From NCBI GenBank assembly GCA_002269645.1, contig NIVC01000944.1, positions 62,001 through 126,000 of the forward strand: a stretch of 64,000 bases of DNA, written 5' to 3'. The stretch comes from Macrostomum lignano (lineage: Eukaryota). This document shows, piece by piece, positions 61,801 to 64,000 of the stretch. A program made the translations under genes and the position numbers. The notes under the pieces were generated by a model. That model searched no databases, was not told the DNA's origin, and saw nothing but the letters and a program-made list of their open reading frames with translations. Within the stretch, counting starts at the first letter, position 1; each line of letters opens with the position of its first letter.

Positions 61801-64000
61801 GTTCGGCTTGGATGTGGAAGATTGTAGTTGGTTCACTTGTGTTGGAACCCTCTCGGTTCGGCTTGGATGTGGAAGATTGTAGTTGGTTCACTTGTGTTGG
61901 AACCCTCTCGGTTCGGCTTGGATGTGGAAGATTGTAGTTGGTTCACTTGTGTTGGAATTCTCTCGGTTCGGCTTGGATGTGGAAGATTGTAGTTGGTTCA
62001 CTTGTGTTGGAACCCTCTCGGTTCGGCTTGGATGTGGAAGATTGTAGTTGGTTCACTTGTGTTGGAATTCTCTCGGTTCGGCTTGGATGTGGAAGATTGT
62101 AGTTGGTTCACTTGTGTTGGAACCCTCTCGGTTCGGCTTGGATGTGGAAGATTGTAGTTGGTTCACTTGTGTTGGAACCCTCTCGGTTCGGCTTGGATGT
62201 GGAAGATTGTAGTTGGTTCACTTGTGTTGGAACCCTCTCGGTTCGGCTTGGATGTGGAAGATTGTAGTTGGTTCACTTGTGTTGGAATTCTCTCGGTTCG
62301 GCTTGGATGTGGAAGATTGTAGTTGGTTCACTTGTGTTGGAATTCTCTCGGTTCGGCTTGGATGTGGAAGATTGTAGTTGGTTCACTTGTGTTGGAATTC
62401 TCTCGGTTCGGCTTGGATCTCTTTTATGTCAGATTTTTGCGTTTGACATGGCATGGCATGATTTAGACTAGGGCTTTCTAGTCTACTGCAGGCGTACCTG
62501 ATTGAGTTTTGGTTACTGTCTTGGGGGATTGGCTGGTTGCGGGTGACGGATGATGAGTCATGCTGCTTTCTAAAACCGTTGGTCAGTTGACTTTCTGGTT
62601 AATGCATTGCAACTAACATGTGAATTCTATTTTTAGATTCTTTTATTTTCAAGCGCATGCTCACCGTTCAAAAATAAGAACATGGGAATTCTATTTTTAG
62701 ATTCTTTTATTTTCAAGCGCATGCTCACCGTTCAAAAATAAGTAGAATACTCCACACTCTACACAATAGGCTGTTGCCTTCGTGCTTTTTTGCTCATTTA
62801 GTCGTAAATCTGTCAAAAGAAACTTAAATTTACGCTCATGCTTTTGCACCGAAGTTCTTGATGGCTTCTCTCGTTTAATTAGCCTGAGAAAAGCGGCTCA
62901 GCTGAGAAGTTTATGAGGCACTTTAAGCCAATTTTTGAGACACCGGAGGCCTTATAAATTTAAAAATACTTCAAGATAAATGCAAAAAGTCGGCTTAAGA
63001 TGGTTTAGCGTCTAAATTTTGTGCGACAAGCGTCTCTACTCGTGATGTCTGTATCTGGCGGTTTACCTGCTCAAAAGCGGCTTAAGTGTAACATTTATCG
63101 CAAAAAACTTAAAGTGTCACTGGCGTAATGTTGCTATACTCGTATCGTTGCGATGTAGTAACTCCATTGGTTTGAAATGCTTGGACACTAAAAGTACAGT
63201 ATGAGGTAGAAGCTCTTTCAACAACGAACTCAAGTTGACGGATGTCCATAGGGCTTTATGAAGGCTCTATGATGAGTAGCTTGAAAGAAAGCTCAGGCCA
63301 TATTTTACCTTGGATCCTTATAAGATCCTTATATTTGAGTACCAAGACATTGTATTGAGAGTCAACGAAATTCTACTGAGTCTGCCGAGAACTGCATTAG
63401 ATTTGTATAGGCAGTGAAACTTGAACTATGCAGTAATTATGTCTTCATTGACTCTTCTGCTTCTGCACCGATGTAATGTTTCAGATAACTCAACACGGCT
63501 CTGCAACGAGAGCAACAGCTTTGCATACAAGGGCTCGTGCTTCACGTTTTTCCCGGGTGTGGCCACTTTCGAGTCAGCGCAGAGCAGCTGCGCTCTCAGA
63601 GGCGGAAACCTGGCGAGCTTTTCAACTCAGGGGCATCAAGAGCTTTTCCTCACGGTGTTGTCCAGTGAGATTTTTATAGCCGACAGCTTAATGAGCTGAG
63701 CAATTATGCACCAGGTACAGACTAAGCTTCTTTGTTATTTCAGGCATTTACTCGATGACGAACTCGTCCTATTGGTGGCTCGGCTTCACCGATCCCAAGA
63801 GACAAAAGACTCCCATGTGGCTCAACGGGCACGTCTACTCTCTCAGCGAGTTTTCTCCTCAAAGCAACAGGTTCCTGATGTTTCGAAACACAACCTTCGA
63901 AGTTGTCGATCAACCTGTCTCGTTACAATTGGTGGAAAAAGATTTTACAACGTCAGAATGGAACTTTACTGTTTATAAAAATGGTTTCTATTATGAACTG
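37880..64000 (+). CDS. Giant secreted or membrane mosaic lectin-like protein (Sushi/CCP-like, WSC, C-type lectin, fibrinogen-like modules), at least 22 exons, over 2260 aa, truncated by window end
   Basis: Exons: 37880-37970 (signal peptide), 38381-38662, 42861-43145, 43928-44230, 44564-44756, 44840-44907, 44986-45348 (WSC), 45889-46173, 46464-46742, 48167-48463, 48918-49110, 49620-50314 (repeat plus WSC), 50597-51007 (WSC plus FReD-N-like), 51642-51824 and 53116-53376 (CTL), 54262-54579 (WSC), 54940-55432, 58053-59002 (unknown domain plus CTL), 59097-59396 (WSC), 60584-60697 (FReD-N-like), 63485-63664 and 63744->64000 (CTL). The phases chain without frame break and most introns are phase 1. 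Confidence 0.8.
38203..38330. repeat. 30-bp tandem repeat x4 (could encode SAAATTEAVP)
   Basis: In frame with the downstream Sushi-like exon; exonic status uncertain. Confidence 0.85.
38680..41110. repeat. 2.4-kb minisatellite, 16-bp unit (catttactggttca[t/c]g) with higher-order variants
   Basis: Intron 2 of the mosaic gene; source of the many YWFMHLLVH ORFs. Confidence 0.96.
41241..42550. repeat. Foldback-like inverted repeat built of 17-bp units (gtgatatttcgggttt(g)), interrupted by the piggyBac insertion
   Basis: 41241-41295 is the reverse complement of 41326-41363. The same unit resumes in tandem at about 42418-42550, after the TTAA. Confidence 0.7.
41372..42408 (+). mobile_element. Internally deleted piggyBac-like (PGBD4-type) element
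   Basis: TTAA at 41368-71 and 42409-12. Ends CCACTT.../...AAATGG. Related subterminal ccaaaggcctgca motif at both ends. Acidic N-terminal transposase remnant (41548-41900, ..PENPDESMK*FLSIFLTEEFL). C-terminal Cys-rich remnant (PATEAQTRPSKR.. and FCCSQCPGNPGLCPDPC, about 42030-42190). The catalytic core is absent. Confidence 0.75.
43240..43612. repeat. 75-bp tandem repeat, about 5 copies
   Basis: Period 75 (43254 versus 43329); intronic. Confidence 0.93.
45385..45768. repeat. 27-bp minisatellite (cccggccagcatatgggggttggggttggtgca-type)
   Basis: About 14 copies, intronic. Confidence 0.95.
46830..48068. repeat. 12-bp minisatellite (gtgtgctgatt[a/g]) with 13/14-bp variants
   Basis: Intron after exon 46464-46742. 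Confidence 0.96.
48595..48765 (-). mobile_element. Copy of the same SINE lacking the tRNA-like head
   Basis: Shares attgattacacctgccctaa..gatgtgcaacc..cagctcagcc and ccccagctaatgct..acccatt.tacagctgggtgaactgaagcaa with 51270-51549. Confidence 0.7.
49640..49955 (+). repeat. 33-bp minisatellite derived from a splice-acceptor junction; probably coding ([A/S]DQSHYPIRS[N/T] x9)
   Basis: Each unit contains [cg/ct]cag|accagtcc. The frame is open throughout and contiguous with the WSC exon. Confidence 0.9.
51270..51549 (-). mobile_element. tRNA-derived SINE with CORE-like central segment and (TTA)n tail
   Basis: The reverse complement begins tagcctagtggttagagcg (A box) ... ggttcgattc (B box). It continues ttgagcaag...cagttcacccagctgtaaaatgggta, resembling the CORE/MIR core, and ends in an att/tta tail. 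A second copy lies at about 48595. Confidence 0.75.
56790..56850 (-). mobile_element. Degenerate tRNA-like head, possible SINE remnant
   Basis: The reverse complement reads ggggccgtagcccagcg...cccaggctcgattccagg (A/B-box-like). It does not form a complete cloverleaf. Confidence 0.35.
59567..60480. repeat. 47-bp minisatellite, about 19 copies
   Basis: Period 47 (59567 versus 59614); highly homogeneous, intronic. Confidence 0.96.
61209..62420. repeat. 54/55-bp minisatellite, about 22 copies
   Basis: Two variants (aattctctc and aaccctctc); intronic. Confidence 0.96.

Overview
Eukaryotic, intron-rich animal genomic DNA. GC-rich coding exons are separated by introns and spacers filled with many different minisatellites. 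This pattern, together with the gene content, is consistent with a flatworm such as Macrostomum; the taxon is my inference. Five protein genes can be built, all on the + strand: (1) dystroglycan-like, 11 coding exons, about 1218 aa; (2) mitochondrial aconitase ACO2, 5 exons, 788 aa; (3) intronless SHOC2/SUR-8-like LRR protein; (4) SLC35A3-like nucleotide-sugar transporter, 3 exons, 338 aa; (5) a giant secreted mosaic lectin-like gene of at least 22 exons and over 2260 aa, running off the right end, with Sushi/CCP-like, WSC, C-type lectin and fibrinogen-like modules. Mobile elements are a decayed mariner with TIRs and TA TSD, an internally deleted piggyBac (TTAA TSD) nested in a foldback-like repeat, and tRNA-derived CORE-like SINEs. 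Most long ORFs in the supplied track are tandem-repeat artefacts. The best novelty candidates are the mosaic lectin gene (including an apparently exonised acceptor-derived minisatellite and a GC-AG intron) and the atypical dystroglycan. All exon structures were derived by eye from splice signals and phase consistency, not from transcript data.
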